Assembly: GCA_041082215.1 (NCBI GenBank)
Contig: JBDOIF010000154.1
Span: 1-64,000 of the forward strand
Source: Anaerolineae bacterium
GTDB taxonomy: Bacteria; Chloroflexota; Anaerolineae; B4-G1; DUEL01
Reading direction: 5' to 3'
DNA: 64,000 bases
In this document: piece by piece, positions 8,572 to 20,100 of the stretch
Numbering within the stretch: the first letter of the stretch is position 1
Layout: the number at the start of each line of letters is the position of its first letter
Translations under genes and position numbers: made by a program
The notes under the pieces: model-generated
Told to the model about the DNA's origin: nothing
The model's database searches: none
What the model saw: the letters and a program-made list of their open reading frames with translations, nothing else

Positions 8572-10731
8572 CTATACTCCGAGCTCGCGTGCCGCCTGGG
8601 CGGCCGGGATGTAGAACCGCTCGGCGTATTCCCGCACCATCCGCCGGGTGCAGAAGCGTGGGGCGGCGGTGCGGATGGCCTCTTTCATCACGCGCACCCA
8701 ACCACGGGGGACCCCATCGGTATCCCGCTGGTAGAAGAGGGGGACGACTTCTTCTTCCAGAAGCCGGTAGAGGGCTTCGGCGTCGTGGGCGTCCTGTTCG
8801 GCCTCACTTCCGGTCTCCAGGGATTGGATGGCCCACCCGTTGGCTCCGTTGTACCCCTCCACCCACCAGCCGTCCAGCACACTCAGGTTGGGCACGCCGT
8901 TCATCGCTGCCTTCTGGCCGCTGGTGCCGCTGGCCTCGCGGGGCCTTCGGGGGGTGTTGAGCCACACGTCCACCCCCTGCACCAGGTAGCGGGCGACGTG
9001 CATATCGTAATCTTCGACGAAGGCGATCCGGCCGCCCATCGCCGGGTCCTTTGCCAGCGTATAGACCTGCTGGAGCAGGTGCTTGCCTGCGTCGTCGGCA
9101 GGATGGGCCTTGCCGGCGAAGATGAACTGGACCGGCCGGTAGAGGTCGTGGATGATCCGCTTCAGCCGCTCCAGGTCGTGGAAAAGGAGGGTGGCCCGCT
9201 TATAGGTGGCGAACCGGCGGGCGAAGCCGATGGTCAGCGCCTCCGGGTCGAGGAAGGCGCCGGCCGCCAGCACCTGATCGGGGTCCATCTGCCCTGTGAT
9301 CCGCCGCTGTCGGGCCCGTTCCCGGATGAACGCCATCATCTTTCGTTTCTGGTCCTCGTGGAGCGCCCACAGCTCCGCGTCCGGCACATCCTCCAGCCGC
9401 TCCCACAGGTCGGGGTCGTCGTGCCGCTCCTGCCAGTCGTGGCCCAGATACTTGCGGAAGAGCCGGTCCAGCGGGCCGGAGATCCAGGAGGGAAGGTGGA
9501 CGCCGTTGGTGATATGGGAGATCGGCACTTCCTCCTCGGGCCGGTCGGGCCAGAGGACGTGCCACATCCTGCGGCTGACCTCGCCGTGGAGCTGGCTGAC
9601 GCCGTTACGGTAATTGGAGAAGCGGAGGGCCAGCACGGTCATATTGAACTCCGGCCCCCCGGCTCCTTCTATCTGTCCCATCTGCAGGAATGCTTCCCGG
9701 CTCAACCCCAGCTCTTCCCAGTAGTTCTGGAAGTGCTTTTCCACCATCGGCAGGCTGAAGGCGTCGTGGCCGGCCGGGACCGGGGTGTGGGTGGTGAAGA
9801 CGGTCGTTGCCCGCACCGCTTCTGCCGCATCGTCGAAGGACCGGCCCTGTGCTACCAGCTCCCGGATGCGCTCCAGGACGACGAAAGCGCTGTGGCCCTC
9901 GTTGAGATGCCAGACCACAGGGTCCAGCCCCAGCGCGCGCACCGCCCGCACCCCCCCGATGCCCAGGACGACCTCCTGGCTGATGCGCATCTCCCGGTCG
10001 CCGCCGTAGAGGCGGGCGCTCAGCATCCGGTCCCACGGCTCGTTTTGGGGCAGGTTGGTATCCATCAGGCAGAGCCGTGCCCGGCCCACCTGCACCTGCC
10101 AGAGAGCTGCTTCCACTTCCCGGCCGGCAAGCTGGACCCGTATCCGTGCCTGCTCCCCCTGGGGGTCGAGCACCGGCTGGAGGGGGGTCTCCTCTACACA
10201 CAGGGGGGGATAGACCGCCTCCTGCCAGCCGTGGGAGGGGATCCGCTGGCAGAAGTAACCCTGGGCGTAGAGGAAGCCCACGCCCACAAAGGGGAGGCCC
10301 AGGTCGCTGGCCTCCTTTGCCTGATCTCCGGCCAGCACCCCCAGGCCGCCGGAATAGATGGGGAGGGAGCGGTGGAGTCCGAACTCGGCGGAGAAGTAGA
10401 CGATGGGGCGGTCGCGGAGGTGCGGATAGAGCTGGGTGAACCAGAGATGGCCGTTCGAGAGGTCCCGTTCGAAGGCAAGGATGACGGCGTCGTACTGGCG
10501 GAGGAAGGCAGGATCGCGCGCCATATTCTCCAGCCGCTCTGGAGGCATCTCCCGCAGAATGCGCACCGGGTTATGGCCGGTGGCCCGCCAGAGCGGGTAA
10601 TCCAGCGTGCGGAAGAGCTCCCGCGCCTCCTGATGCCAGCTCCACCACAGGTTGTAGGCCAGGTCCGCCAGCCGTTCTATACGGGCTGGCAGTTTTTCGC
10701 GGGTCGCGGCAAGAGGGCTTTCTGTGATCAC
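8572..10731 (-). CDS. glgP: Alpha-glucan (glycogen/starch) phosphorylase
   Basis: YSGGLGVLAGD, HLNEGH, ARRFATYKRA and PLP motif EASGTSGQK. Confidence 0.95.
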   Translation of the reverse strand: MITESPLAATREKLPARIERLADLAYNLWWSWHQEARELFRTLDYPLWRATGHNPVRILREMPPERLENMARDPAFLRQYDAVILAFERDLSNGHLWFTQLYPHLRDRPIVYFSAEFGLHRSLPIYSGGLGVLAGDQAKEASDLGLPFVGVGFLYAQGYFCQRIPSHGWQEAVYPPLCVEETPLQPVLDPQGEQARIRVQLAGREVEAALWQVQVGRARLCLMDTNLPQNEPWDRMLSARLYGGDREMRISQEVVLGIGGVRAVRALGLDPVVWHLNEGHSAFVVLERIRELVAQGRSFDDAAEAVRATTVFTTHTPVPAGHDAFSLPMVEKHFQNYWEELGLSREAFLQMGQIEGAGGPEFNMTVLALRFSNYRNGVSQLHGEVSRRMWHVLWPDRPEEEVPISHITNGVHLPSWISGPLDRLFRKYLGHDWQERHDDPDLWERLEDVPDAELWALHEDQKRKMMAFIRERARQRRITGQMDPDQVLAAGAFLDPEALTIGFARRFATYKRATLLFHDLERLKRIIHDLYRPVQFIFAGKAHPADDAGKHLLQQVYTLAKDPAMGGRIAFVEDYDMHVARYLVQGVDVWLNTPRRPREASGTSGQKAAMNGVPNLSVLDGWWVEGYNGANGWAIQSLETGSEAEQDAHDAEALYRLLEEEVVPLFYQRDTDGVPRGWVRVMKEAIRTAAPRFCTRRMVREYAERFYIPAAQAARELGV

Positions 10732-10777
10732 AGGACGGCTCCTATCTGAAAGAGTGATGGCAGGGGAAGAGGATGGT

Positions 10778-11605
10778 TCACGGAGCGAAGATCAGGATCA
10801 ACGAGAGGGCTGCGGCAGTGACCAGGACGAACTCCAAAAGGATCCAGAGGCTCAGCTTTTCCAGGAGGTGCTGGTGAGCCACCCCGGCGATCAGGTAGAA
10901 GACCGCCAGGAGGAAGAGCCCTCCTGCCCAGTTGCTGAGCTGCCAGTAGTTGAGAGCCCAATTGACCTCCCCCACCAGCAGGCCGACGGTGGCTGCGTAC
11001 AGGGTCACCCGCTCCACCGGGACGTCGGCCACGCTGAGAAGGTCCAGCGCTACCAGAAAGGCGCAAAGGGTAGTGGCGCTGGCGGTGATGACGCTTCGTG
11101 CCCGGGTGCGGTAGACAGCGTAGAAGAGGGCGAAGGCCAGGAGGTAGGCCAGGATATTGAGGGAAATACGGGCGCGGGCGTGGCCGGGGTAGTCAGGGGA
11201 GAGGGCGCCGAACTCGGCCGATACCGCCAGGCCGATGATCAGGACCATCAGGAGGACCCCGCCAGCCCATATCATATCGGTGGGGGCCAGTTCCACCATA
11301 TAGGCGCTCACCCCTCCCAGCAGGCTGGGAAGGACCCAGGAGAGGTAGAGGGGGCGGGGCAGGCGGTGGGGGGCATCCGGGTGGGCCAGCAGGACGTAGC
11401 GGGCACCCAGGGCAGTCAGGGCGATCACCAGCACCACCAGCAGCCCGGTCCGGGTTACCCGAAGCTCCAGCGGTGAGCCCAGGAAGGTCAGGTTCCACAC
11501 CGCCTCAGGTAGCTGAATGAAATGGAAAAGGACGCTGATCAACAGGATCAGCGCGATCAGCACCGAAAGCCGGTCGCGGTTCAGGCGCGGCACATATTCT
11601 ACCAT
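10778..11605 (-). CDS. Uncharacterised polytopic membrane protein
   Basis: 275 aa, many hydrophobic segments, own promoter; no motif recognised. Confidence 0.7.
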   Translation of the reverse strand: MVEYVPRLNRDRLSVLIALILLISVLFHFIQLPEAVWNLTFLGSPLELRVTRTGLLVVLVIALTALGARYVLLAHPDAPHRLPRPLYLSWVLPSLLGGVSAYMVELAPTDMIWAGGVLLMVLIIGLAVSAEFGALSPDYPGHARARISLNILAYLLAFALFYAVYRTRARSVITASATTLCAFLVALDLLSVADVPVERVTLYAATVGLLVGEVNWALNYWQLSNWAGGLFLLAVFYLIAGVAHQHLLEKLSLWILLEFVLVTAAALSLILIFAP

Positions 11606-11622
11606 AACCTTATCCGGTCGGG

Positions 11623-11651
11623 ATTGTACCGCTGCCGGGGGGTTTTGTCAA
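11623..11651 (-). promoter_or_regulatory. Sigma70 promoter for the membrane protein-glgP-PAP2-surE unit
   Basis: TTGACA-17 nt-TACAAT on the minus strand. Confidence 0.7.
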
Positions 11652-12931
11652 TCTGTCTTTACCCTTGTGATGCGAGCTCCCAGTTGGCGCAGCTTCTCCT
11701 CCACCTGCTCGTACCCCCGGTCAATCTGGCCGACGTTGCGGATGACGCTTTCGCCCCGGGCGCAGAGGGCCGCGCCGACCAGCGCCATCCCCGCCCGGAT
11801 GTCGGGGCTGACCAGTACGTCTCCCTGGAGAGGGGAGGGACCCTGGACCACGCATCGGTGGGGGTCGCAGAGGACGATGCGGGCGCCCATAAAGATCAGC
11901 TTGTCCACGAAGTAAAGGCGGCTTTCAAACATCTTTTCGTGGAAAAGGACGGTCCCCTCAACCTGGGTGGCCAGGACGATGGCGATGCTCATCAGGTCGG
12001 CGGGGAAGGCAGGCCAGGGGGCGTCGGCGATGGTCGGGATCGCTCCCCCCAGGTCCGGCACCACACGGAGGGACTGCTCGGCCGGCACCAGCACATCCTC
12101 CCCCTCGACCTCCACCTCGACCCCCAGCCGCTCGAAGACATAGCGGATCATCCGCAGATGGTGGGGAGCGGCGTTGCGGATGCGGATCTCCCCTCCTGTC
12201 ATCGCCGCCATAGCGATGTAACTGCCGATCTCCATATGGTCGGGGCCGATGGTGAACTCCCCTCCCCGCAGCCGGTCCACTCCGTGGATGACAAGCAGGT
12301 TGGAGCCGATCCCCTCGATCTGCGCGCCCAGCCGGTTGAGGAGGTGGCACAGGTCCTGCACGTGGGGCTCAGAGGCGGCGTTGCGGATGACCGTCGTCCC
12401 CTCCGCCAGCACCGCTGCCATAATGGCGTTCTCCGTCCCGGTGACGGAGGCTTCGTCCAGAAGAATGTCGGCCCCCCGCAGCCGTCGGGCCTCCAGCCGG
12501 AAGAGGTCGTTGACGTCCACCTCCGCCCCCAGCTCCCGGAAGGCCAGAAAGTGGGTGTCCACCCGCCGACGACCGATGACGTCTCCTCCCGGCGGGGGCA
12601 GCTTCACCCGCCCCAGCCGGGCCAGCATCGGACCGGCCAGCAGGATGGAGCCCCGGATACGGCGGAACAGCTCCCGCTCGAAGTTCGGCAACCGGACCTC
12701 TCTGGCATGCAGCCGCCAGGTATGGGGGTCCAGCCGCTCCACCTGTACCCCCAGGCTTTCCAGGAGCTCTCCCATCGTGCGCACGTCCTCAATATCCGGG
12801 AGATTGTGCAGGGTCACCGGCTCATCCGTCAGCAGACAGGCCGCCAGTGTGGGCAGCGCCGCGTTCTTGTTGCCGCTGGGGGTCAATGTCCCCCGCAGCG
12901 GGTGTCCACCTTCGATCACCAGTTCTTCCAT
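11648..12931 (-). CDS. murA: UDP-N-acetylglucosamine 1-carboxyvinyltransferase (Asp-type active-site loop)
   Basis: [30 protein letters not shown]; start re-assigned to MEELVIEGG. Confidence 0.95.
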   Translation of the reverse strand: MEELVIEGGHPLRGTLTPSGNKNAALPTLAACLLTDEPVTLHNLPDIEDVRTMGELLESLGVQVERLDPHTWRLHAREVRLPNFERELFRRIRGSILLAGPMLARLGRVKLPPPGGDVIGRRRVDTHFLAFRELGAEVDVNDLFRLEARRLRGADILLDEASVTGTENAIMAAVLAEGTTVIRNAASEPHVQDLCHLLNRLGAQIEGIGSNLLVIHGVDRLRGGEFTIGPDHMEIGSYIAMAAMTGGEIRIRNAAPHHLRMIRYVFERLGVEVEVEGEDVLVPAEQSLRVVPDLGGAIPTIADAPWPAFPADLMSIAIVLATQVEGTVLFHEKMFESRLYFVDKLIFMGARIVLCDPHRCVVQGPSPLQGDVLVSPDIRAGMALVGAALCARGESVIRNVGQIDRGYEQVEEKLRQLGARITRVKTD

Positions 12932-12948
12932 TGCCCTGTATCCTTTTC

Positions 12949-13026
12949 TCACCACGGAAGCACAGAGGACACAGAGCCTTTCTCTGAGCTTCTCCGCGTC
13001 CCCGCGTCTCCGCGTCTCTGTGGTTT
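12949..13026. repeat. 9-nt-periodic imperfect palindrome (ACCAC...CACAGAG / CTCCGCGT...GTGGT family)
   Basis: Related copies near 18550-18623, 32850-32912 and 50427-50502; weaker ones near 30560-30610 and 56510-56560. Confidence 0.7.
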
Positions 13027-15306
13027 TTCCCCCTCTGAACCGAACTCCAAAGCACTCTGCGGTAAGCAATTGCTCTGCGCCGAATTCTGAGCCACTATCG
13101 GCAGGTAAACAACGGTATCCAGGCAGGGAGGCGGAGGCCACTCACCTGTGCCGTCCACGGGCAGGTAACCACTGTTCCCATCCAGCTTCACGTCCAGGAT
13201 GATCGGCTCCGGGCACAGCGGGGAGGAGCCTTTCCAGATGGGGATATTGGCCTGCGGGAGGTCCAGAATGCGGTAATAGGTCTGGTCCTGATAGGTAATG
13301 CGGATAATCGCCGCCTCGCTCCGGTTGTCCAGACGAAGGTCGGGAGAGGCGAAGGGGTTCTCCTCCAGGGTGGCGATCCCGTACTCGTCGGTGACGGCGA
13401 CGGCATCGGGCAACCCGTCGAAACGGCCCTGGTTGCGCCAGCGAAAGGCGATCTGGGCGTCCACTCGCGTGGTCAGAACGGAGCCGAAGTTGTAGTCGCT
13501 GTAATAGGTTCCGGTCAATCCAGGCTGCGTGGCGGCCGGGTCGCGGAACAGGGCGGAGGACGGGATGGGCTGCAGGGGAATGGAGAGGCTGGCAGAGCCA
13601 TAGAGGAGGGCCAGTTGCCGTCCGATCCAGACCCCCTCGTGGGTCTGAAACTCGAATCGAAGGGGATGCACCCCTGCCGGGAGAGTAGCCGTCCACTGGT
13701 CATGCTTGTAGCAGTTGTCGTCCAACCAGAACCACTGCTGAGGGCCAAAGACCGGCTGGCCGTCAATCCACAGGCTGGCATACGTTCGGCTGGGTGTGAG
13801 GAGGGTGAAGGAGTATATGCCGGAGGCGGTGATGTGCAGGTATCCTTCCCAGCGGGCCGACCCGTCCATCGGGAAGCCGTCGGGCAGCCGTTCGGCGTCG
13901 GTGGGGGGCACGGCCCGAAAAGCCTCCACCTGGGCGCCGACGACGGGCCGGCCATTCTGCCCGATGACGGCCAGCCGGTGGCGGGCCGGGATGGCCTGAT
14001 GGATCCAGTAGTTGTTGCCGGCCCAGCGCCAATCCGGGGAGAGGATGTCGGGATCGTCATAAAAGGCGTTCCAGTAGTGATCGGTCCCGGTGGGCGGCTC
14101 CCGCCAGCGGCCGTTTCCGGCGTTCTGGGCGCCGATCCGCTCCCGCACCTGGCGGCCCGGGCGGTACTGGAACTCGTAGAAGAACCCCCAGGCCGCCCAG
14201 GGCCCCCATCCTCCGCTGTAATCCGGGCTCATCATCGCGCAGTCCAGGCGACGGCGGTCCCCCCCGTACCGCTCCTGCCAGCACTGGACGGGCAGGCCGG
14301 GGATGGCTCCGGTCAGCGGGGTCAGCCATACGCTTCCCACGTCCGGGTGGTGGCGCCCCAGATGGTGGCCCAGCTCGTGGATGAGGGTCCATTCCACCAC
14401 CATAAACTCCGGATTGTTCGCAGTGTAGATGGGGTCGTACTCCTTGAACCCCCATCCCACATCGGGCGTGGCGTCCAGCTGGGAGGGGAAGTTAGCAAAC
14501 CCGATGGCCCCGTCGGGGACGAGCTGCACACTATCCAGGCGGAGGCGGGGCAGGGCATGTCGCTGCCCGTCCATATAGACGTCCTCGGCGTGGTAGAAGT
14601 ACTCGTTGATCTGGGCAATCTGCCGCTGAGCCCAGTCCTCCCATGAGCGGGTGCCGGCGCGGTAAGGCGGGGTGGCGGAGGGCTGGGAAAACCAGTGGAA
14701 CCCCGCCCGGGGGCGCGCCCATTCCGGCACGTCCTCTACCCGCCCGCGCGGCTGGCTTTCCACCCAGTTGTAAACATCCTGCTCCACGACGAAGGCCACG
14801 GCCAGCGCATCGGTGAAATCGGCCAGGACGTTGTTGTTCTCCAGCGAACCTTCGTCCACCTCATCATAAGCGTCCACCTGCGCCCGGACCTGGTATGGGC
14901 CATCCCTCCAGCGGCCATCGCCAAAGGCAAGGGTGTACTCAAAGAAGATCGGCCCACTGTGGGCCGGGAGGCCATCATACCGCTGCTCTACCACACTTCC
15001 GGGCACGACATTGCCGGCAGGGTCCAGGGTCTCCAGACGAAGGGTGAACGGGCCGCTGGCTATGTCCCCCTTGTTGGCGATGTAGGCCCGGAACTGGACC
15101 GGTTCCCCCACGTCGGGCCAGTTCTTATTGGCGTACCAGGGATATTTGGGCAGGCGCTCGATATACAACAGGTCCAGGTCCGCCGCAGGAGAGGCCTCCA
15201 CTGTTGCGGAGGGGGAGGCGGGAGGCGCGTCCGGCGGGTGTCCGGTGAGGTTACAGGCCAGCAGGGCCAGGATCAGGGAGAGGATTGGGAGTAAAGGATA
15301 CCTCAT
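12949..15306 (-). CDS. Lipoprotein with CARDB-like, zinc metallopeptidase (HExxH) and PA14-like domains
   Basis: Lipobox LLAC; ANKGD...[42 protein letters not shown] and LTGTYYSD..F.....[17 protein letters not shown] motif near the C-terminus. Confidence 0.7.
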   Translation of the reverse strand: MRYPLLPILSLILALLACNLTGHPPDAPPASPSATVEASPAADLDLLYIERLPKYPWYANKNWPDVGEPVQFRAYIANKGDIASGPFTLRLETLDPAGNVVPGSVVEQRYDGLPAHSGPIFFEYTLAFGDGRWRDGPYQVRAQVDAYDEVDEGSLENNNVLADFTDALAVAFVVEQDVYNWVESQPRGRVEDVPEWARPRAGFHWFSQPSATPPYRAGTRSWEDWAQRQIAQINEYFYHAEDVYMDGQRHALPRLRLDSVQLVPDGAIGFANFPSQLDATPDVGWGFKEYDPIYTANNPEFMVVEWTLIHELGHHLGRHHPDVGSVWLTPLTGAIPGLPVQCWQERYGGDRRRLDCAMMSPDYSGGWGPWAAWGFFYEFQYRPGRQVRERIGAQNAGNGRWREPPTGTDHYWNAFYDDPDILSPDWRWAGNNYWIHQAIPARHRLAVIGQNGRPVVGAQVEAFRAVPPTDAERLPDGFPMDGSARWEGYLHITASGIYSFTLLTPSRTYASLWIDGQPVFGPQQWFWLDDNCYKHDQWTATLPAGVHPLRFEFQTHEGVWIGRQLALLYGSASLSIPLQPIPSSALFRDPAATQPGLTGTYYSDYNFGSVLTTRVDAQIAFRWRNQGRFDGLPDAVAVTDEYGIATLEENPFASPDLRLDNRSEAAIIRITYQDQTYYRILDLPQANIPIWKGSSPLCPEPIILDVKLDGNSGYLPVDGTGEWPPPPCLDTVVYLPIVAQNSAQSNCLPQSALEFGSEGEKPQRRGDAGTRRSSEKGSVSSVLPW

Positions 15307-16109
15307 ATCTCCCTCTGCTGCCAGGCGTATAGAAACCCCAGGTGGGTGTGGACCGGATTGGGGTGGGTTTGAACGCAGAATCCCTTTCCGGTCAGGAAGG
15401 CGACCAGGTCAGAGCAGGTGTGAGGCGGGGAGCTTTCGTGGTATTCCATCACGATGCGACGGACCTGCCGCAGGCTGGCATCCGGGGCGTTATAGAGAAT
15501 TCCGTATTCGGCCCCCTCGCAGTCCATCTTCATCAGGTCGCACCGCCCCCCGGCCCGTTCCAGCGCGTCGGCCAGCGACAGGGCGGGGACGGACAGCCCC
15601 TGGGCGGTGTCGGGTGCCGCTGTGCCGAACTGGAGCGGTTCGCCCGCGGAAGTATCCAGCACTGCCCTGCCGGTCCGGGCGGCAAGGGCTTCGGGAAAGG
15701 CGCGCACGTTCTCCACCCCGTTCCGGCGCAGATTCTCCCGCAGCAGCTCGAAAGACTCGGGAAACGGCTCGAAGGCATAGACGAGGCAGTTCGGACAGCG
15801 CATCGCTGCGTAGAGGGCGAAGTCGCCGACCCCCGCGCCCACGTCCATCACCGTCCATCCCTCGCCAATAGGTGTGCCGTACCGCTCATAGAAGCGGTCC
15901 AGCCAGGTCTCTTTGATAATCCAGACATCCATCGGCCCCCGCACGAGGAAGCGGACGGAACCCTGCCGCAGCCGGACTTCCTGGGAGCCGGAGGGGGCCG
16001 CTTTCAGGAACAACCGGACCACCTGGCCCGGGTTTCGGAATCCCGTCAGCAGTCGGACGATGGAGAACAGATAATAACTGTACTTTCGGAACGCTCGCGA
16101 CACCATCAT
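15303..16109 (-). CDS. FkbM-family SAM-dependent methyltransferase
   Basis: VMDVGAGVG, AFEP, LMKMDCEGAE, MEYH; start re-assigned. Confidence 0.88.
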   Translation of the reverse strand: MMVSRAFRKYSYYLFSIVRLLTGFRNPGQVVRLFLKAAPSGSQEVRLRQGSVRFLVRGPMDVWIIKETWLDRFYERYGTPIGEGWTVMDVGAGVGDFALYAAMRCPNCLVYAFEPFPESFELLRENLRRNGVENVRAFPEALAARTGRAVLDTSAGEPLQFGTAAPDTAQGLSVPALSLADALERAGGRCDLMKMDCEGAEYGILYNAPDASLRQVRRIVMEYHESSPPHTCSDLVAFLTGKGFCVQTHPNPVHTHLGFLYAWQQREI

Positions 16110-16143
16110 AACCAGCAACCAGCCACCAGCAACGAGCAACCCA

Positions 16144-16986
16144 TCACAGACGTGGCAGATAGACCCACACCCCATCCCCCCGACGGACGCCCAGCACTTC
16201 CCGGGCGTTTCCCTGTCGAACCGCTACCTCCAGGAAGCCCTCACTCCCCACCAGTGCCACCAGCTCCCCCACGTCCGCCTCCCCATAGGTCCGGCGGATC
16301 CCCTGGATGGAGCGGCCCGCCAGTTCAACGCGGGCCGCCGCGGCGGGGAAACGGATGGGGGGTGCAGGGGTGCGGCGGAAGGCCGGCATCAAGACCAGCT
16401 CGTCCCCATCCCGGTGGAGACGTCCTATGCTGGTGATGAGGTTGCCGAACCGGTCGGTGTGAAGGAGCTCCCCTTCCACCCTCTCCGGCCCGACCTCCAG
16501 CCGGGGGAGTGGCATGGAGATCAGGTCATCCACCGGCGGCCCCAGCGCCTCCAGCGGGACCCCCGCCGCCAGGTAGGCCGCTGCCGGAGAGAAGAGGTCC
16601 CGCCCATGGAAGGTATGGCTCACCCGGCCGAGCCGGTAGGCGGGGTTGGCCAGCTCCACCGCCCGCCACGTCTCCACCCCGGTCAGCACGTAAGTGAAGA
16701 GGCCGTTATCCGGCCCTACAAAGCTCCCCTGGGGGGTCCAGAGGGCGATCGCCCGCCGCTCGGTGCCGACGCCGGGGTCCACCACCGCCACGTGGATCGT
16801 GTCCGGCGGGAAGAAGGGGAAGGCGGTGTAAAGGAGGTAAGCAGCCTGCTGTGTGTCCTGAGGAGGGATGTGATGGGAGAGGTCCACCAACTGCACGTCG
16901 GGGGCGATGGAGAGGATGACCCCCTTCATCACCCCCACATACCCGTCGGCGGTGCCGAAGTCGGTGGTCAGGGTGATGATGCGCAT
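16144..16986 (-). CDS. SAM hydroxide adenosyltransferase / chlorinase-fluorinase family (DUF62)
   Basis: ITLTTDFG, VVDPGVG, GPDNG, TFHGRD, DRFGNLIT. Confidence 0.92.
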   Translation of the reverse strand: MRIITLTTDFGTADGYVGVMKGVILSIAPDVQLVDLSHHIPPQDTQQAAYLLYTAFPFFPPDTIHVAVVDPGVGTERRAIALWTPQGSFVGPDNGLFTYVLTGVETWRAVELANPAYRLGRVSHTFHGRDLFSPAAAYLAAGVPLEALGPPVDDLISMPLPRLEVGPERVEGELLHTDRFGNLITSIGRLHRDGDELVLMPAFRRTPAPPIRFPAAAARVELAGRSIQGIRRTYGEADVGELVALVGSEGFLEVAVRQGNAREVLGVRRGDGVWVYLPRL

Positions 16987-16994
16987 CCCGTTCT

Positions 16995-18515
16995 CTACTC
17001 CTGCACCCACCCGCGGCTCCGCTCCACCGCCCGCTTCCATCCGGTATAGGCCGCTCTTCGGCGGGCCTCGTCCCACCGGGGCTCGAAGACCCGGTCCACC
17101 CCCCAGTTGGCCCGGAGCTCCTCCAGGTCGGACCAGAGCCCCACGGCCAGTCCGGCGGCGTAGGCTGCGCCCAGGGCGGTAGTCTCGTTGACGCGGGGCC
17201 GGACGACCGGCACGCCCAGCACGTCCGCCTGGAGCTGCATCAGGAAGTCGTTGACGGTGGCCCCGCCGTCCACCTTGAGGGCGGTCAGTTCAATGCCGGA
17301 GTCGGCCCGCATCGCCTCCAGCACGTCCCGCGTCTGGTAGCAGATCGCCTCCAGCGTGGCCCGCACCAGGTGGGCGCGGGTGACGTACCGGGTGAGGCCG
17401 ACGATGACGCCGCGGGCGTCCATATCCCAGTAGGGGGCGAAGAGGCCGGAGAAGGCGGGGACAAAGTAGATACCCCCGGCGTCCTCGACGCTTGCGGCGA
17501 CCTCCTCTGTCTCAGCCGCGTTCCGGATCAGCCCCAGGTTGTCCCGCAGCCACTGGATGGCCGCGCCGGTGATGGCGATGGACCCCTCCAGGGCGTAGGT
17601 GGTCCCCTCTGGCAGCCCGTAGGCGACGGTAGTGAGGAGGCCGCTGGTGGAAGGGACCGGCTCCGCGCCGGTGTTGAGGAGCATGAAGCAGCCGGTGCCG
17701 TAGGTGTTCTTCGCCTCCCCCGGCGCGTAGCAGGCCTGACCGAATAGGGCGGCCTGCTGATCTCCCAGGTCGCCGCAGACCGGAACCTCCGCCCCCAGCG
17801 GCCCGTCGGCGCGGGTGGTGCCGTAGAGGGCGGGGTCGGAGGAGGGGCGGACCTGAGGAAGCATCCTGTGGGGGATGGAGAGGACTTCCAGCAGTTCTCG
17901 GTCCCAATCCAGCCTGTGCAGGTCCATCAGCATCGTGCGGCTGGCGTTGGTGACATCGGTGACGTGGGCACCGCCTTCCGGTCCGCCCGTCAGGTTCCAG
18001 ATGACCCAGGTATCTATGGTACCGAAGGCCGCTTCCCCCCGCTCCGCCTTCTGTCGCAGCCCCGGTACGTTCTCCAGCAGCCACTTCAGCTTGGGGCCGG
18101 AGAAGTAGGTGGCGATGGGGAGGCCGGTCCTGGCGCGGAAGGTCTCCCCCAGGCCGTCGGCGATCAGCCGCTGGCAGATCTCGCGGGTGCGGGTGTCCTG
18201 CCAGACGACGGCGTTGTACAGCGGCTCGCCGGTGCGGGGGTCCCATACCACGGTCGTCTCCCGCTGGTTGGTGACGCCGACGGCGGCAATCTGTTCGGGG
18301 GAGACCCCCCCTCCTTTCAACGCTCCGACGATGACCCGCTGGGCCTTGGCCCATATCTCCGCCGGGTCATGCTCCACCCAGCCAGGTTGGGGGTAGATCT
18401 GGGTGTGCTCTTCGTAGCAGGAAGCGACCACCCGCCCCTGCCGGTCGAAGATCATAAAGCGAGTGCCGGTTGTCCCCTGATCGAGGGCGGCGGCATAGAG
18501 GGGTTGATGCGCCAT
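16995..18515 (-). CDS. glpK: Glycerol kinase
   Basis: [46 protein letters not shown]. Confidence 0.96.
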   Translation of the reverse strand: MAHQPLYAAALDQGTTGTRFMIFDRQGRVVASCYEEHTQIYPQPGWVEHDPAEIWAKAQRVIVGALKGGGVSPEQIAAVGVTNQRETTVVWDPRTGEPLYNAVVWQDTRTREICQRLIADGLGETFRARTGLPIATYFSGPKLKWLLENVPGLRQKAERGEAAFGTIDTWVIWNLTGGPEGGAHVTDVTNASRTMLMDLHRLDWDRELLEVLSIPHRMLPQVRPSSDPALYGTTRADGPLGAEVPVCGDLGDQQAALFGQACYAPGEAKNTYGTGCFMLLNTGAEPVPSTSGLLTTVAYGLPEGTTYALEGSIAITGAAIQWLRDNLGLIRNAAETEEVAASVEDAGGIYFVPAFSGLFAPYWDMDARGVIVGLTRYVTRAHLVRATLEAICYQTRDVLEAMRADSGIELTALKVDGGATVNDFLMQLQADVLGVPVVRPRVNETTALGAAYAAGLAVGLWSDLEELRANWGVDRVFEPRWDEARRRAAYTGWKRAVERSRGWVQE

Positions 18516-18704
18516 ATCCGTTCCTCCCATCCTCTCTTCGTGGTCTGTTAGCCACGGAGACACGGAGGACAGAGGAAAGCCCGTTTCCTCAAAGCTCTTC
18601 TGCAATCTCCGCGTCTCCGTGGCATTTCGCCTGCCGCAAGCCTGAACGCCTCCTGGTCGGTGTCGGGGTTGTTGTACCTCAAGAAGGGGAAAAAGGCAAG
18701 GGAA

Positions 18705-19886
18705 TCAACCCTCCAGTGCCTGCAGGAAGGCCCAGGTAAAGCTGTAGGCCCGCGCCATGACCTCGGGGTTCATCTTGTCGCAGGTGTCTCCCACCTGATG
18801 CCAGTAGGGCATTTCCCCTCGCCGCCCTGTGCCGATCAGGGTGATGGCAGGGATGCCCACCCGCAGCGCGTCGGCCATCTCCGTGTTGCCGCCGTTGATC
18901 CGGGACGGGTAAGCCCCCCACTCCGGGTGCTCTGCCGCCAGCCGCTCGGCCAGCGCGACCAGCCGGCGGTCGGCCCGGAAGGGGACGACGATCCCCTCCT
19001 GGGTTAGCCACGCGGGACCGTTGCAGCCCAGCAGTTCGAAGACCACGGCTACCGGCTCCTTGAATTCGCCCCGGTGGCGGCGGAAGAAGTCGGTGGCTCC
19101 GTAGTGCTGCACCTCCTCGCAGCCTGTGCAGGCCAGCCAGACCCGGGTATGCTCTGGCCGTTCCTCCGTCAGGTGCTCCGCCAGCGTCAGCACCATCCCG
19201 GCCCCGGTGGCGTTGTCGTTGGCCCCGGCGCTGAAGGGAGTCCGGTCCGCCTGGATGCACATCGCCGCCAGCAGGACCGCGCAGACGGCCCCGACCGCAG
19301 ACGCGGGCCAGATCCATCCCCAACGGGTCGCCGTCCCGATGGCATAGAGAAGCGTCTGGGCCAGGAAGGCGATGAAGGCGACGGTGGTAAATGCCTTATA
19401 GACCGCCACCCATCGCGGCGTGCGGAAGATGAGGGGGGTGCGGTGGCTGTCCACGTGGCCGATGAGGATCAGGTCCTGTCGGTGCTCCCCCTTCGGCTCC
19501 ACAACGGCGACGACGTTCTGGCTCGGCCCTTTAGGGGTCAGCCGTCGCAGCAGGTTATCCCGAAAGCTCAGCTCCATCAGCTCGGAGGCCAGGGCTATCA
19601 GTGAGAGGAGGGCGGCGATCCCTGCGCTCACCCGCCCTGCCAGTGGGTAGAGGACGAAAGCAAGCAGCATAATAATAGAGGCCAGAAGGTGGGGGCGGTA
19701 AATGGAGCGGGCGCTGGTGAAAGGCTCTATCCGCGGCTCCAGGCCCAGGCGGGCCAGCACTTCTTTACAGTACTCCGCCCCCTGCCTCTCCTCCTTCGTG
19801 GTGGACCCCCGGGGGCCGATCTCCCCGGCCAGCATCCGCACATGCTCCAGCCAGCGGTCCACATAATAGCTTTGATCCCTGGGCAT
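18705..19886 (-). CDS. Membrane-associated M28-family peptidase
   Basis: GHVDS, GANDNATG, GCEE, YWH..D, with TM insertions. Confidence 0.8.
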   Translation of the reverse strand: MPRDQSYYVDRWLEHVRMLAGEIGPRGSTTKEERQGAEYCKEVLARLGLEPRIEPFTSARSIYRPHLLASIIMLLAFVLYPLAGRVSAGIAALLSLIALASELMELSFRDNLLRRLTPKGPSQNVVAVVEPKGEHRQDLILIGHVDSHRTPLIFRTPRWVAVYKAFTTVAFIAFLAQTLLYAIGTATRWGWIWPASAVGAVCAVLLAAMCIQADRTPFSAGANDNATGAGMVLTLAEHLTEERPEHTRVWLACTGCEEVQHYGATDFFRRHRGEFKEPVAVVFELLGCNGPAWLTQEGIVVPFRADRRLVALAERLAAEHPEWGAYPSRINGGNTEMADALRVGIPAITLIGTGRRGEMPYWHQVGDTCDKMNPEVMARAYSFTWAFLQALEG

Positions 19887-19920
19887 TTCTTCACCTCCTG
19901 ACAAAGGTCAAACGCTTATA

Positions 19921-20099
19921 CTGAGGTTCGGACGTGAGTTCGGACACAGGCGCTCATCGGCCGCTTCTGACCTTATCCCATCCCCCTCACCCCACCCCCG
20001 GGCCCCCTCCCCTCTCCCACCGCGCGGGAGAGGGGAGGGGGTAAGGGGTGGGGTGAGGGCCACTCTCCCACCCTGTCCGAACTCCTGTCCGAACCCCAC
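19921..20099. mobile_element. MITE-like element (179 bp)
   Basis: 26-bp imperfect TIRs (22/26 match), flanked by the direct repeat CTTATA (19915-19920, 20100-20105); internal CCCTCACCCC..CCCCTCTCCC..GGGAGAGGGG..GGGGTGAGGG palindrome. Confidence 0.7.
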
Positions 20100-20100
20100 C

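Noticed and set aside
8785..10749. Long antisense/alternative-frame ORFs (e.g. 8785-10749, 38662-40779, 58150-59988, 7040-8614)
   Set aside because: Shadow ORFs opposite well-supported genes in high-GC DNA; no recognisable motifs.
16144..16986. Halogenase (fluorinase/chlorinase) biosynthetic cluster
   Set aside because: Housekeeping context; most DUF62 proteins are SAM hydrolases and no secondary-metabolite genes are nearby.
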